Source: Longimicrobiales bacterium
GTDB lineage: Bacteria; Gemmatimonadota; Gemmatimonadetes; Longimicrobiales; Gaopeijiaceae
Assembly (NCBI GenBank): GCA_965219445.1
Contig: CBDCNQ010000002.1
Span: 192,001-256,000, forward strand
Length of the DNA: 64,000 nt
Reading direction: 5' to 3'
Below are positions 9,257-19,506 of the stretch, piece by piece. How positions within the stretch are numbered: the first letter of the stretch is position 1; the number at the start of each line of letters is the position of its first letter. A program made the translations under genes and the position numbers. A model generated the notes under the pieces. That model was not told where the DNA came from, searched no databases, and was given only the letters and a program-made list of their open reading frames with translations.

Positions 9257-10453
9257 ATGAAGGTCAAATGCCACGCCCGCATTGCCGCGCTTCTGCTACC
9301 TGGCTTGCTCGCGGTTGGCCACGCCCAGGGGCAAGAGACTATCGGGGTACCAGTGCCGCCGTTAGGGGCGGGGCCTTGGGTGTTCGATACAGCCGAGCAG
9401 CACGAGATCCGTGTCAGCGTCGTGACCAGAGGCCTCTCGCATCCATGGGCCATCGCGTTCCTGCCCGACGGAGCCATGCTCATCACCGAGCGACCCGGCC
9501 GCCTTCGCGTCGTCCGAGACGGCGTACTCGACCCGCACGCCATCTCGGGCGTGCCGGAGGTCAGAACGGACGGTAACGGTGGGCTGATGGACGTCGCTCT
9601 CCATCCTGGCTTCGCCGAGAACGGCCTGGTCTACCTGACCTATACCAAGCCGGTAGGAAACGGACGGGGTGCACCAGCGCTCGCTCGGGGTCGGCTCGAG
9701 GGCGGAATGCTCACCGACGTCCGAGATCTCGTCGTCACCGATGCGTTTGAGGGCAACTCGGGTCTCAACGGTCGTGTCGCCTTCGGGCGCGATGGCAAAG
9801 TCTATATGTCGACAGGCGGCCGAGTCGGGACGGCTGCACAAGATCCGATGAGCCTGCGCGGGAAGGTCCTCCGGATCAACGACGATGGTACGGTGCCACA
9901 TGATAACCCGTTCGTGGACCGCGAAGGCTATCGGCCGGAAATCTACACCTTGGGACACCGCAATACCCTGGGTCTCATCCAGCGCCCTGAGACCGGCGAG
10001 CTCTGGCAGCACGAGAACGGACCCAACGGTGGCGACGAGATTAACGTCCTCTCGCGGGGCCGTAACTACGGATGGCCGCTCGTCAGCTTTGGACGCGACT
10101 ATTCTGGCGAAAGGATCACCGACCATCCGACGCGCGAGGGGATGGAATCGCCTCTGGTGGTCTGGTTGCCCGCCATAGCCGCGGCAGGGATGGCCGTCTA
10201 CACGGGCGACCAGTTCCCGGCGTGGAGGGGAAATGTATTCGTCGGATCGCTCCGCCAGGGCGGCATACCGGGCACGGGCCATCTGCAGCGCATTGTCTTC
10301 AATGAGAGGACCGAGGAACTACGCCGTGAGTCGATCTTGACCAAGTTGAGGCGACGCATTCGGGAAGTGCGCGAAGGCCCGGACGGATTCTTGTACCTAC
10401 TGACGGACGAAGACGACGACGGGGCACTCCTGCGCATCGAGCCCGCACCTTGA
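9257..10453 (+). CDS. PQQ-dependent soluble aldose/glucose dehydrogenase (YliI/Asd-like)
   Basis: GLSHPWAIAFLPDG..LITERPGRLR, GGLMDVALHP, EIYTLGHRN, HENGPNGGDEIN, GRNYGWP; signal peptide. Confidence 0.88.
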   Translation: MKVKCHARIAALLLPGLLAVGHAQGQETIGVPVPPLGAGPWVFDTAEQHEIRVSVVTRGLSHPWAIAFLPDGAMLITERPGRLRVVRDGVLDPHAISGVPEVRTDGNGGLMDVALHPGFAENGLVYLTYTKPVGNGRGAPALARGRLEGGMLTDVRDLVVTDAFEGNSGLNGRVAFGRDGKVYMSTGGRVGTAAQDPMSLRGKVLRINDDGTVPHDNPFVDREGYRPEIYTLGHRNTLGLIQRPETGELWQHENGPNGGDEINVLSRGRNYGWPLVSFGRDYSGERITDHPTREGMESPLVVWLPAIAAAGMAVYTGDQFPAWRGNVFVGSLRQGGIPGTGHLQRIVFNERTEELRRESILTKLRRRIREVREGPDGFLYLLTDEDDDGALLRIEPAP

Positions 10454-10499
10454 ATTCCCCCTCCTGAGCTGTGATCGCTGGGCGCTTCGTAATGACCCT

Positions 10500-10544
10500 T
10501 CCGATCCGATCACCCGCTTGAACGCTGCCCTCGAAAGTCGCTAC
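10500..10544 (+). pseudogene. Tiny remnant of a Ser/Thr kinase N-terminus
   Basis: SDPITRLNAALESRY resembles the conserved start of Gemmatimonadota-type kinases. Confidence 0.4.
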
Positions 10545-10684
10545 GGGCTGGCGAAGCTCGTTCGGATCCTGGGCGTGGGTGTAGGGCTGACGGCCCTGTA
10601 CGGTGCTTCTGAGGCAGGCGTCCCACCGCCTAGTTCCAGCATTCTTGGCAGAACTGTGCCAAAGACCGTCGGTTAACGCGCCCC

Positions 10685-11957
10685 CTACCCGCTCTGCATG
10701 GCGACGAGGGACCGGAGTCGATCTCCGAGCACTTCCCTATGCTTCTCCACCCGGTATTCCAACACGTCAGACCGATACGGGCTTCCCTGCGCATGGCCGT
10801 AGATCCGGTCGACGAGCTGGCCGCCTCCGTGGCCCATCTCCTTCTGAACCTGGAACCTCGCCACCTCGACGTACTCCCACGCGTCGGGGTCGTCCGGCTC
10901 CCTCCCGGGCTTCAGAATCCTCTGCACCGTCTGGAGTCGTGCCGAGCAGTACGTATGCCGGAAGCGTCGCGTTCGGACCTCGCCGGCCTCCATGCCACTC
11001 AGCCTGGCCGCGGCATCCAGGCTCTTACGAATGTCACGCACCACACCACCACTTGGGGCAGGGAAGAGGAGCCCCGACGTGCGTGGGGTCTCCCCACCGT
11101 ACAGCCAATCCTGGAGGATATCTCGTAACTGGGGCCAGAGCGGAACCGCTCGCACGCTTGTCTGCGCCTTGAGTCCACGGTGCGCGTTTGGTCGGAACCG
11201 AACCAGGCTGCGGTCAAAACTCACGTCGTCAACGTCAAGCCCCATGACCTCAGAGTACCGACCGCCGATCAAGAGGAACGTCGCGACGATGGAATAGAAT
11301 CCGGGCGTGGCGTGCACCCGGTCCTGTGCCTCAAGGACCTTGGATGCCTCAAGGAGCAGAGCAGCTTCTGCCACCTCGAAGAATGCGGCCTCGCTCTTCC
11401 AGCGGCCTGTCGGCTTCTCCTGGAGGGCCGCGACGGGGTTGTAGCCGGGGGCGACGTAGAGCCCCTCTTGCGCTCGTCCATAGAGTCCCGACAGGGCGTT
11501 CAGATAGTGACGCACCGTGCCTGGCTTCCTCTTCCCACCTTCGGAGACGGTCTCACTCCAGGGAGCGCACATCATCGGGGACGATAGAACGTGGGTCGCG
11601 GTCGCGACCAAAGTGCTCCAGCGTCGCACGCAGACGAGACTCCAGGTCGAACATGTGAGAGTCGGACGTTCGAGCGGCCCTGGCCTTCATGAGGAGGTGA
11701 TGGCGAGTGAGTTCAGCGAGCGTCGTGCTCTTCTGTTCCGGGACGCCGACGCGCCCGCGGCGTTTAGCCTTCAACTCCGCGAGCTTCGACTCGAAGAGGA
11801 TCAAAGCGACGTCCTCGTCCGTGGTGCCCCAGCTTGACCCCGCTTGGTTCAGCGCCTCCCGCCCTCCGCCGACGTCGGAGTAAGCTCGAAGGTCGGCGTA
11901 GGCCCGTCCGTTGCGCCAATAGATATGAGGGCCGTTCTTCTTCTTGGGTCGTGCCAT
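10685..11957 (-). pseudogene. Tyrosine integrase, frameshifted or deleted near 11560
   Basis: N-part MARPKKKNGPHIYWRNGRAYADLR in one frame; catalytic part IGGRYSEV..GLK..RRFRHTY..MGH...RIYGH in another. Confidence 0.85.
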
Positions 11958-12118
11958 ATTGCGCCCCACCTCGATGTTGACCTTCAGGTGGCTAGTAGGG
12001 TAGCCTTCGGTCATGGAAATCATGATGGCTGACCAGGGGTTTCGCAACAATTTTTGGCACAGTTTGCAAAATGACCACTTTAAGTAAGTATACGTATATT
12101 GTTGTAAAATAATAACTT

Positions 12119-12161
12119 CGGGGCGTGGCGCAGCTCGGTAGCGCGCCTGCTTTGGGAGCAG
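12119..12161 (+). tRNA. 5' half of tRNA-Pro(TGG), truncated after the anticodon stem (att remnant)
   Basis: CGGGGCGTGGCGCAGCTCGGTAGCGCGCCTGCTTTGGGAGCAG, then non-tRNA sequence with no T-arm or CCA; AT-rich promoter-like DNA upstream. Confidence 0.85.
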
Positions 12162-12287
12162 TAATTCGGTCGTCCCTGCCGATCCGGTACCATCCCTCCT
12201 AGTTCCCTAAAAGCATTGATAAAGCTATACTTAAGGGGAGTTTTTGTCCGTGAGTGTCCACTGACGTAGCGTGCTGTACACCGTATT

Positions 12288-12309
12288 GTGGACCCCAAAG
12301 TGGACCCCA
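12288..12309. promoter_or_regulatory. Tandem putative integrase arm-binding sites (GTGGACCCCA x2)
   Basis: 10-bp direct repeat at 12288 and 12300 just upstream of an arm-domain integrase. Confidence 0.55.
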
Positions 12310-12334
12310 CAGGGACCGAAAAGGGGGGCTGACA

Positions 12335-13543
12335 GTGCCGAGGCTGAAGCTAAGCGCGCGCGGGGTCATGGCATTAGAGACGGATCGGGCACGCGAAGAA
12401 TTCTGGGACACGGTCACGCCCGGGCTGGTCCTCAGGGTAAGTGGCGAGAGCGGCGGAAAGACGTGGAGCGTCAGGTACCGGCTGAACGGTGCACGTCGCC
12501 GTCAGACGCTGGGAAGCTACCCGACGCTCAGTCTGGCGGAGGCGCGAGCGGCTGCGCGCGAGGTGCAACGGCAAGCCGACGCGGGAGAGGATCCTGCAAA
12601 GGAGCGCGCGGACCGCAAAGCGGGCCGTTACACGTTCAAGGAGCTTTCCGACGAAGTCTTGGAGGCACGGGCGATGCGGACCCGGGAAGCAACCCAGCGG
12701 GAGAGAAAGCGGATCCTCGGCAAGGAGCTCGCGCCCACTTGGGGCCATCGGCCGGCTGCGGACATCACTCGCCGGGAGGTTGTCCACCTGGTCGAGGAGA
12801 TTGCCAAGAGAGGGGCCCCGATCGTCGCGAATCGGACGCTGAGCCTCATCCGGCTGATCTTCAACGATGGGCTACGCCGAGGCTTTCCGACTCTGGAGGC
12901 CAATCCCGCACACCTTGTCGAGCTCCCGGCCGAGGAAGTGGGGAGGGATCGGTACCTGACTCGAGAAGAGGTCAAGCTCATCTGGCAGACGACGGGGGAC
13001 GAGACTCGGGCAACACGTGGTGCCTTCCGCCTCGCGCTACTGACGGGTCAGCGGATCGGCTCTGTGTTAGCGATGCGATGGGATGGAATCACAGGCGACC
13101 TATGGACGATTCCGCCGGAACACTTCAAGGGAAGGCGGACCCATGTGGTTCCGCTCTCGAGCGAGGCGTATGAAGGCATCGAGGAGCTGAAGGAGACCGC
13201 CTACTCCGATACATGGGTCTTTCCGTCGCGGGCAAGAGCGAAGAGACCCCATTTGACGAGCATGGGCCGCTCGCTCTCCAGGGTCCGCAATAAGACATCG
13301 ATCCCGAGCTGGACCGTCCATGACTTCCGCACGACCTTCCGGACCCACGCCGTCCGGGCGAGAGAGGACGGCGGTTTCGCGATCCCAGGCCATGTAGCGG
13401 ACGCTGTACTCGGCCACAAGGAAGCGACTCTTGGATTCGAGAGGTACACAGGGGACCGGGACCGCTACCTCTTACATGAGAAGCGAGACGCTCTGCGAAA
13501 GTGGGGTGCGTTCATCATGGACGCGGTGGAGGCGGAGAGGTGA
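12335..13543 (+). CDS. P4-type tyrosine integrase with arm DNA-binding domain
   Basis: EEFWDTVTPGLVLRVS..GKTW..TLGSYPTLSLAEAR; LLTGQR; HFKG; HDFRTT; VLGH..RY; GTG start after AAGGGGGG. Confidence 0.92.
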   Translation: MPRLKLSARGVMALETDRAREEFWDTVTPGLVLRVSGESGGKTWSVRYRLNGARRRQTLGSYPTLSLAEARAAAREVQRQADAGEDPAKERADRKAGRYTFKELSDEVLEARAMRTREATQRERKRILGKELAPTWGHRPAADITRREVVHLVEEIAKRGAPIVANRTLSLIRLIFNDGLRRGFPTLEANPAHLVELPAEEVGRDRYLTREEVKLIWQTTGDETRATRGAFRLALLTGQRIGSVLAMRWDGITGDLWTIPPEHFKGRRTHVVPLSSEAYEGIEELKETAYSDTWVFPSRARAKRPHLTSMGRSLSRVRNKTSIPSWTVHDFRTTFRTHAVRAREDGGFAIPGHVADAVLGHKEATLGFERYTGDRDRYLLHEKRDALRKWGAFIMDAVEAER

Positions 13544-13702
13544 AGAGAGCCTACTCGCCACTGTCGGGTACCGCATGCTGCACTAAACTGGACCATCGTG
13601 GCCATGAACGGGGAAGGCACGCGGCGCAAAAGGAGCGTACCGGCGATGCCACACAGCGGAGCACCGGACCAGATCGCCAGAAGGTGGGGATCGACTCAGA
13701 TT

Positions 13703-14143
13703 ATGAACATCCGACCGGCGGTTGCCGCCGACTACGGCGCGCTGCTGGACATCTGGCTGCGATCGGTGCGGGCAACCCACACCTTTCTCTCGGAGGAAGA
13801 CATTCAGGCTTTCCTTCCGCTCGTGCGGGACCACGCGCTGACGGAGCTTGAGGTCTGGGTGCTCTTCGCCGACGAGGGGACCCTCATGGGTTTCATGGGC
13901 CTGTCTGGCAACAGGCTGGAGGCTCTCTTCCTGGCGCCGGAGTTCTTTAGGCGCGGTGGCGGACGCCGGCTCGTCGAGCACGCTCGAAGCTTGAAGGGAC
14001 CACTGTCGCTGGACGTCAACGAGCAGAACCCGCAGGCGCGGGTCTTCTACGAGTCGCAGGGCTTCGTCGTCGAGGGGCGATCGCCCGGTCGACAGCACGG
14101 GGCAGCCCTTCCCCCTCCTCCACAAAAGGAGAGGGGGTTGTGA
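13703..14143 (+). CDS. GNAT acetyltransferase (YjaB-like), C-terminus frameshifted near 14085
   Basis: IWLRSVRATHTFL..LEALFLAPEFFRRGGG..LDVNEQNPQARVFYESQGF; the expected tail VDSTGQPFPLLH lies in a shifted frame. Confidence 0.85.
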   Translation: MNIRPAVAADYGALLDIWLRSVRATHTFLSEEDIQAFLPLVRDHALTELEVWVLFADEGTLMGFMGLSGNRLEALFLAPEFFRRGGGRRLVEHARSLKGPLSLDVNEQNPQARVFYESQGFVVEGRSPGRQHGAALPPPPQKERGL

Positions 14144-14214
14144 GTTGCCTTCAAGAGCTGGGGAGTCCAAAGCGACTGGGAGTCGCACAGGAAAGGGGAG
14201 CTACCGGAGCGATG

Positions 14215-14325
14215 GAGTGCGCGGCGGAAGGGCGGAGCCAGCCGTCCGTCTGGCGTTCGAGTTCCTGGTGCTGACGGCTGCGAGGTGGAGCGAGGTGCGG
14301 TGGGCCGAGTGGGCAGAAGCCGACA
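14215..14325 (+). pseudogene. Internal fragment of a P4-type integrase
   Basis: AVRLAFEFLVLTAARWSEVRWAEW is homologous to KLALEFMVLTATRSSEVRGATW of 15228-16412. Confidence 0.7.
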
Positions 14326-14390
14326 GGTTCACATCTGCTTGGGGTAATTGAACTTACGGGCATACCGGACCGGATTCCCGCCGATTGGTC

Positions 14391-15053
14391 TCAGGCGCGA
14401 ACTCTGCGGCGGCTTTCCAGAGCCTTCCTGAGCTGTGCCTCATCGGCCCGCTGGTAGCAGTGCAGCACCGTCTTGGCCTCCTTCCAACCGCCGAGTTCGC
14501 AGAGCACTTTGAGCGGCTGGTCCATGAGGTCGGAGGCGAACTTCCGCCTTAGGGAGTGCCAGCCGCGGCCACGCTTGGATTCCAGCCCTGCGAGCGCTAC
14601 GGCCTTCTCCCACCAGCGCTGCGTCCAGGAACAGCTCACGCACCTCGAGCGATCCCAAGGCGAGGGCAGCACGGGCGCGTCCCCGATACCGGGATTCCTC
14701 TTTCGCGCCTCCTCCAAGACGGCGAGCGCCTCGGCGGTGACCGGCGTCCGGTGCTCGTAGCCCGACTTGTCGTGCTCTGCGCGCCAGCGGATGGTCTTGC
14801 CCTCCATGTCGATGTCCGACCACCGGAGCTTGCGGATTGCGCCGATCCGGTGTCCGGTCTCGTGCGCGAGCACGAGCGCGGCGCGGAACCGCCAGTCGAC
14901 CTGCCGGGACACCTGTAGAAGCGCTTGGTACTCCTCCTCGGCCAGGACGATTCGGGCCGGGTTCTTCTGCTTGGGCGTCTTCAGGCCCTTGAGCGGGTTC
15001 GAGCCGAGGAGCAGTTCGCCCCGCTCGTCCCTCGACTTCACGGCCAAGTTCAG
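14391..15053 (-). pseudogene. C-terminal (catalytic) half of a tyrosine integrase split by the 15036-32434 island
   Basis: SRDERG...ETGHRIGAIR..GWHSLRRKFA..LGGWK..CYQ, collinear with residues 174-387 of 29972-31135. Confidence 0.9.
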
Positions 15054-15227
15054 TATTGTGTTCGCCAAGATCATCCCATGCCGTCCCATGACGTTCTGTA
15101 ACCACATGTATTTCAATATATTAAGGCGATCCTAGGCCGCTTCATGGCCTTGCCTCTTGTCCTGATCCGTCTGGTATTGTATCATTATTTCTCCGTCATT
15201 TCGTGATACACAAGTAGGACACCCCGC

Positions 15228-16412
15228 ATGCGTAAACGACCCCTTACCGCTGCCTTCGTGGCGCGGGTGAAGACGCCGGGCCGCTACGGCGACGGTGGAC
15301 GAGGCGGGCTCGGGCTGTACCTCCGCGTCCACCGTATGAAGTCGGGGCGGGTCTCCAAGTCGTGGGGCCAACGCGTTCGAGTGGGGGGCAAGCCCACCAA
15401 TCTCGGACTCGGCTCGTACCCGGTCGTGACGCTCAAGGAGGTGAGGGAGAAGGCGCTTGAGAACAGGCGGGCCGTCCATTGGGGCCATGACCCGAGAGAC
15501 GCGGGGGTTCCCACCTTCGAGGCGGCCGTCAAGAAGGTGATCGAGATTCACTCGCCGACTTGGAAGAACCCTTCCCGCATCTCGGGGCAGTGGCGGCAGA
15601 CGTTGCGGGACTACGCCCATCCGCGCATTGGCCGGAAGAGGGTGAGCGAGGTCGCGACGGCCGACGTGCTAGCCATCCTCAAGCCCATCTGGTCGCGCAA
15701 GCCCGCGACCGCGAGGGCCGTGCGTCAAAGGATCGGCGCGGTGATGAAGTGGGCCGTCGCGAAGGGCTACCGGCCGGACAACCCGGCGGGAGACGCCATC
15801 GCCGCGGCGCTCCCGCGCAACGGGAACACGACCCGGCATTTCAAGGCGCTCCCGCACGGCGAGGTGTCCGTGGCCCTGGTCAAGGTCCGCAACTCGGGGG
15901 CCTACGCCGGTGGCAAGCTGGCGCTCGAGTTCATGGTTCTGACCGCGACACGCTCGAGCGAGGTCCGGGGCGCGACGTGGGACGAGTTCGAGCACGATGT
16001 CTGGACCATTCCCGCCAGCCGCATGAAGGCGAAGCGCGAGCACCGGGTTCCCCTGTCGAGGCGGGCGTTGGAGATCCTTGAGGAAGCCCGGGAGCGCCAC
16101 GACGACGGCGGGCTCGTGTTCCGGGGTGCCAGGGGAGGAAGGATCGATGCCTCGATGTTTGGCGCCTTGCTCCGGCGTCTCGGCTTCGACTGTACGCCGC
16201 ACGGGATGCGGTCCTCGTTCCGCGACTGGTGCTCGGAAACGGGCGTGGCGCGCGAGGTGGCCGAAGCGGCGCTGGCCCACGCTGTCAAGAGCAAGGTTGA
16301 GGCCGCCTACGCCCGCTCAGACCTGTTGGAGCGGAGGCGCAAGGTCATGGAGGCTTGGGCCGACTACGTCGCCGGCGAGCATCCCGAATCGGAGGCCGAA
16401 CCGGGCCGCTGA
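15228..16412 (+). CDS. P4-type tyrosine integrase (394 aa) of the island
   Basis: Arm domain (PGRYGDG..GLYLRV..LGLGSYPVVTLKEVR); LTATRSSEV, RMK, TPHGMRSSFRDW, ALAH, AAYARSDLL. Confidence 0.93.
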   Translation: MRKRPLTAAFVARVKTPGRYGDGGRGGLGLYLRVHRMKSGRVSKSWGQRVRVGGKPTNLGLGSYPVVTLKEVREKALENRRAVHWGHDPRDAGVPTFEAAVKKVIEIHSPTWKNPSRISGQWRQTLRDYAHPRIGRKRVSEVATADVLAILKPIWSRKPATARAVRQRIGAVMKWAVAKGYRPDNPAGDAIAAALPRNGNTTRHFKALPHGEVSVALVKVRNSGAYAGGKLALEFMVLTATRSSEVRGATWDEFEHDVWTIPASRMKAKREHRVPLSRRALEILEEARERHDDGGLVFRGARGGRIDASMFGALLRRLGFDCTPHGMRSSFRDWCSETGVAREVAEAALAHAVKSKVEAAYARSDLLERRRKVMEAWADYVAGEHPESEAEPGR

Positions 16413-16440
16413 GGCGCTGGCTTATGACCGTTACTGGTCC

Positions 16441-16521
16441 TAAGCCAGCCTACCCTTTGTACCCACAAAGGGGCTGGCGAGGGGCTCCGCCCCTTCGATC
16501 CCGAAGGACGCCCGCGCTCCG
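16441..16521 (-). promoter_or_regulatory. Putative ColE1-type (MOBP5/HEN) oriT, copy 1
   Basis: Minus strand GGGTAGGCTGGCTTA resembles the ColE1 nic site CTGG/CTTA; adjacent hairpin CCCTTTGT-ACCC-ACAAAGGG; 81-bp repeat with 25459-25539 (1 mismatch). Confidence 0.65.
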
Positions 16522-16736
16522 CTGCGGTGTGCGTGCTCGCCCAGCGGAGTACCGAAGGCCCGAATCACGGCAGGAGATCACGTAAGTCTAATCAGGACTG
16601 CACGATCTGCCACTCTTGCCGTTGGGCTATATCCGTTTCCGTCAGATCATGATGGCGGGAAAAACAGGGTTGATCAGCGGGAATCCGGACTAGCTTAGAG
16701 TGCTCTTGTCGGCGGTCGAAGGATCATCGCGGCGGC

Positions 16737-17440
16737 CTACAAGGGAGAGGGTTCCCATGAGGACTGGTCCTCTTTCATCCGGTAGTGTGACACACGCGAG
16801 CCGACCAGACGCCCTGGGTCCAGCGGATGCTTGGCGAACGGGTTGTGGTACACAGCCAAAGCATACTCGGGGTCTCCTGCCGTGTCCGGTAATTCCGGCC
16901 CGGACAGACCGAAAGGAATCGCGACGCCATCGAAAAACTCGCGCAGCACGGCGATGCAGGACACCGATGTGTTCATCTCGGGAGTCAGCTTCTTGCCGGG
17001 ACCTGTTCGCGGATAGGAACGATAGGCGAGCCCTGATCTGTCGGAACGTAGTACTCGATGACATCCAGACCGCGCATGGCGGTGAGCACGGCGTAGGGGT
17101 CGTCGTGTAGTGTGCATGGGGTACGGTTGTACACGACCACCATTCCCGGGTCAGACTGTCCAAGCGCCTTTAGCTGATTGTTGGCCTTCGGGATCACCTG
17201 ACGCAGCCGATGTCCCGGTTTGCCGCCTAGCACGCCTGACCCCCTTCCTTGTGCTGCTTCCTGTTCCTCCGGATTCGGATCGAATTGCTTGACCTCCACT
17301 ACGATACCAGCACTATCCCCCAACTGGAGGCGGAAATCGGGCACCTTGCTGCCCTCCGCCACGGAGTGCTCGTCAATCCTCTCGACCCGCCAGCCTTGAG
17401 ACTTGCAGAAGCGGTGAAAAAGTTCTTCGGACTCGGTCAT
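16737..17440 (-). pseudogene. PD-(D/E)XK-like hypothetical protein, frameshifted near 17005
   Basis: KVPDFRLQL...VVEVKQF motif; continuation GPGKKLTPEMNTSVSCIAVL in another frame. Confidence 0.55.
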
Positions 17441-17618
17441 CCGGCGTTCTATCTTTCAAATGAAGTTTCGAGGAGCTCAAGAGATCAAAGATAAACAGGC
17501 CGGCCGCGTCCGCGAGTCGGGCGATCAGTCGCGCCCGGGACTGTGACCGCGATCCGCAGTCCGCCCGCCCTGAAGCCTGCGGGCTCGACGGCCTCGGTCG
17601 TTTGACCCTTCGCGCGCC

Positions 17619-18940
17619 CTATTGGGGAAGCGCTTGTTCCAGCAACTCGTAATCCGTCACGAGATCCAACACATCTCGCGCCTTTCCGGAAAACTGCATC
17701 GGAGCGAGTTGCTCTGTCACCAGCGCCGACCGCAACTGCAATCGGTCTACGGGAACACCTACGAAGTCCGCAAGCCGTTGGCGATTGGCTTCAAGAAACG
17801 AAACACGGTCGAGGTGCCTCTGCAATGGCGTGCGTTTCCCGTCAACAGTTCCGGCAGAGTACTCTTTCAAGCGCTCCCCGATCTCGCCGCAGGTGCGGTC
17901 GCAACGGAGGCTCTTGCACTCGACAGCGTACACCAGCCCGGTAGCCGGTTGCCATGCCAAGACATCCACATCTCCGAGCGACTGGCCGCCTCCGAATCGC
18001 GGGAGCCTCACTTCCCCCTTCGTCTTCCACCGCAACTCGCCGAGCCGTTCGGCTACCCTGCGCGCGAACTCATGCCCATTCCTATCTGCCGCTCTTCCTA
18101 TACAGGCGCCCATCTCTGGACTGTCAAAGAGGGTCCCTGGAAGTTCGCCGAATGCCGCTTGGTGTAGGTAGCGCAACGTCCCAGCAAGTATCGAAGGCAC
18201 CACGGTCACGAAGGGATCGGCCTCCATCGACAATTGGACGAGCGGACGGCGCATGATGGACAGACGGCGGTTGTATCGCCACGGCCACCAGTCTCTTGCC
18301 CTGGCGTTGTCAGGATCATCCTCATTCCACCGAGATCTGGGAACAAGCGCAAATGCTTCGAATACACGCTCCGGATTCATCACGCCGACATGTCGTAGCC
18401 GCTGGACGACTTCGCTTCTCCTGAGCCGCAAATGGGCGCCGTTCGCCTCCAAGGCTTCCACCGTGAGTCGATGGACAAACGTCCCGTACTGTTCTGGGCT
18501 CAGGCCAAACTCGGCGAGAAAGGCGGATGGGAACTTCGGGTCCGCCGCTCCTTCCTCGCCTGCGCTCATACCGTCGACTTCGTCATCCGTCGCCGCATCC
18601 CGAAATGTTCGCTGCCAATGTTCGGTTATCAGCAGACCTGTCGCCGCTGCGGTTGACTCGTCGAATCCGAAGGAACCATTCGGGTGCATGACCGGCGGGT
18701 GCGTCGCTAAACCGTAGTGCAACGCGTCGCTTTGCCCGGCACATTCCAGAAGCGTCGCAACCTCCGCAACCAGAAGGTCGAGGTCCGTCCCCGAGCAGGG
18801 TGATCCGGTACCGTACGGCGATGTGCACAGCGCCATCTCCGCAATGATCCGGCAAGCCAGACCGGCGGTATCCCGGCGAAGGACGTGCTCGTTCGCGGCA
18901 CCCCTGACCTGCGCATGGTCGTAGAGGGCGAGTTGCGCCG
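17619..18940 (-). pseudogene. C-terminal part of a large protein ending in a PD-(D/E)XK/NERD-like nuclease domain; 5' end lost
   Basis: LGDVDVLAW...VYAVECKSL; abuts the mob fragment at about 18943. Confidence 0.55.
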
Positions 18941-18942
18941 CC

Positions 18943-19404
18943 GTCGACGCGCATCCAGGCCCGGATCCAGACGGCCGCCGCCCTCGACGTGGACATCGAG
19001 GAGGCCCGCCAGACGCTGGCGCGGCTCGAGGAGACCACCTGGGGGATCGTGCTCCGGGAGATCGAGGGGGAGCGGTTCGTGGTGCTGCCGGCCGGCGCGC
19101 TGGCCTATCCGCCCTGGACCGTGGACACTCGGCCGGCCGTGAAGCTGTCGAGCAACTGAAGGAACTCTATGACCGCGTTAGAACAGCAGTTGACGAAGGC
19201 TTTGCGGACGTTGTCCGCGCAGTACGAGCAGGCGCAGCAGCAGCACACCGCGCAGGTCGAGACCTTGCGGCGGCAGGTCGCGCAGCTCGACGGGCAAGTG
19301 AAGCACTTGGCCCGGGACTACAGGACGCTCGCCGAGACGTTGCGCGCGCGCTGGACCTGATGCGCCAGCGTGGACGAGAGCGCGATCACGGTCCGAGCCG
19401 CTGA
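18943..19404 (+). pseudogene. 3' remnant of a ColE1-type mob region: relaxase (MbeA-like) C-terminus overlapping an MbeB-like C-terminus (stop at 19159)
   Basis: One frame reads QTLARLEETTWGIVLREIEGERFVVLP (MbeB-like); an overlapping open frame ends ELYDRVRTAV...RERDHGPSR* (relaxase-type tail). Confidence 0.7.
19169..19360 (+). CDS. MbeD/MobD-like mobilisation protein
   Basis: MTALEQQLTKALRTLSAQYEQ.. coiled coil resembles the ColE1 MbeD start; nested in the relaxase frame; AAGGA RBS. Confidence 0.7.
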   Translation: MTALEQQLTKALRTLSAQYEQAQQQHTAQVETLRRQVAQLDGQVKHLARDYRTLAETLRARWT

Positions 19405-19506
19405 TCACCCACCAGGGAATACGTACCCTCTGCGGCACACGAGACAGCACAGTTCTCCGAATGCGCCCGCAGTGGACTTCTCCACCACATTTCTTCCGAT
19501 ACTCTG

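Noticed and set aside
12119..12200. Intact tRNA-Pro gene
   Set aside because: Sequence after the anticodon stem has no T-arm, acceptor 3' strand or CCA
13583..14188. ORF starting MRLPVALDS as another piece of the KLPVALD protein family
   Set aside because: The match is six residues and the rest is antisense to the GNAT gene
16595..16610. 16-bp match GGACTGCACGATCTGC to the xis-like gene tail at about 32956
   Set aside because: Isolated, with no flanking similarity; about one such match is expected by chance in 64 kb
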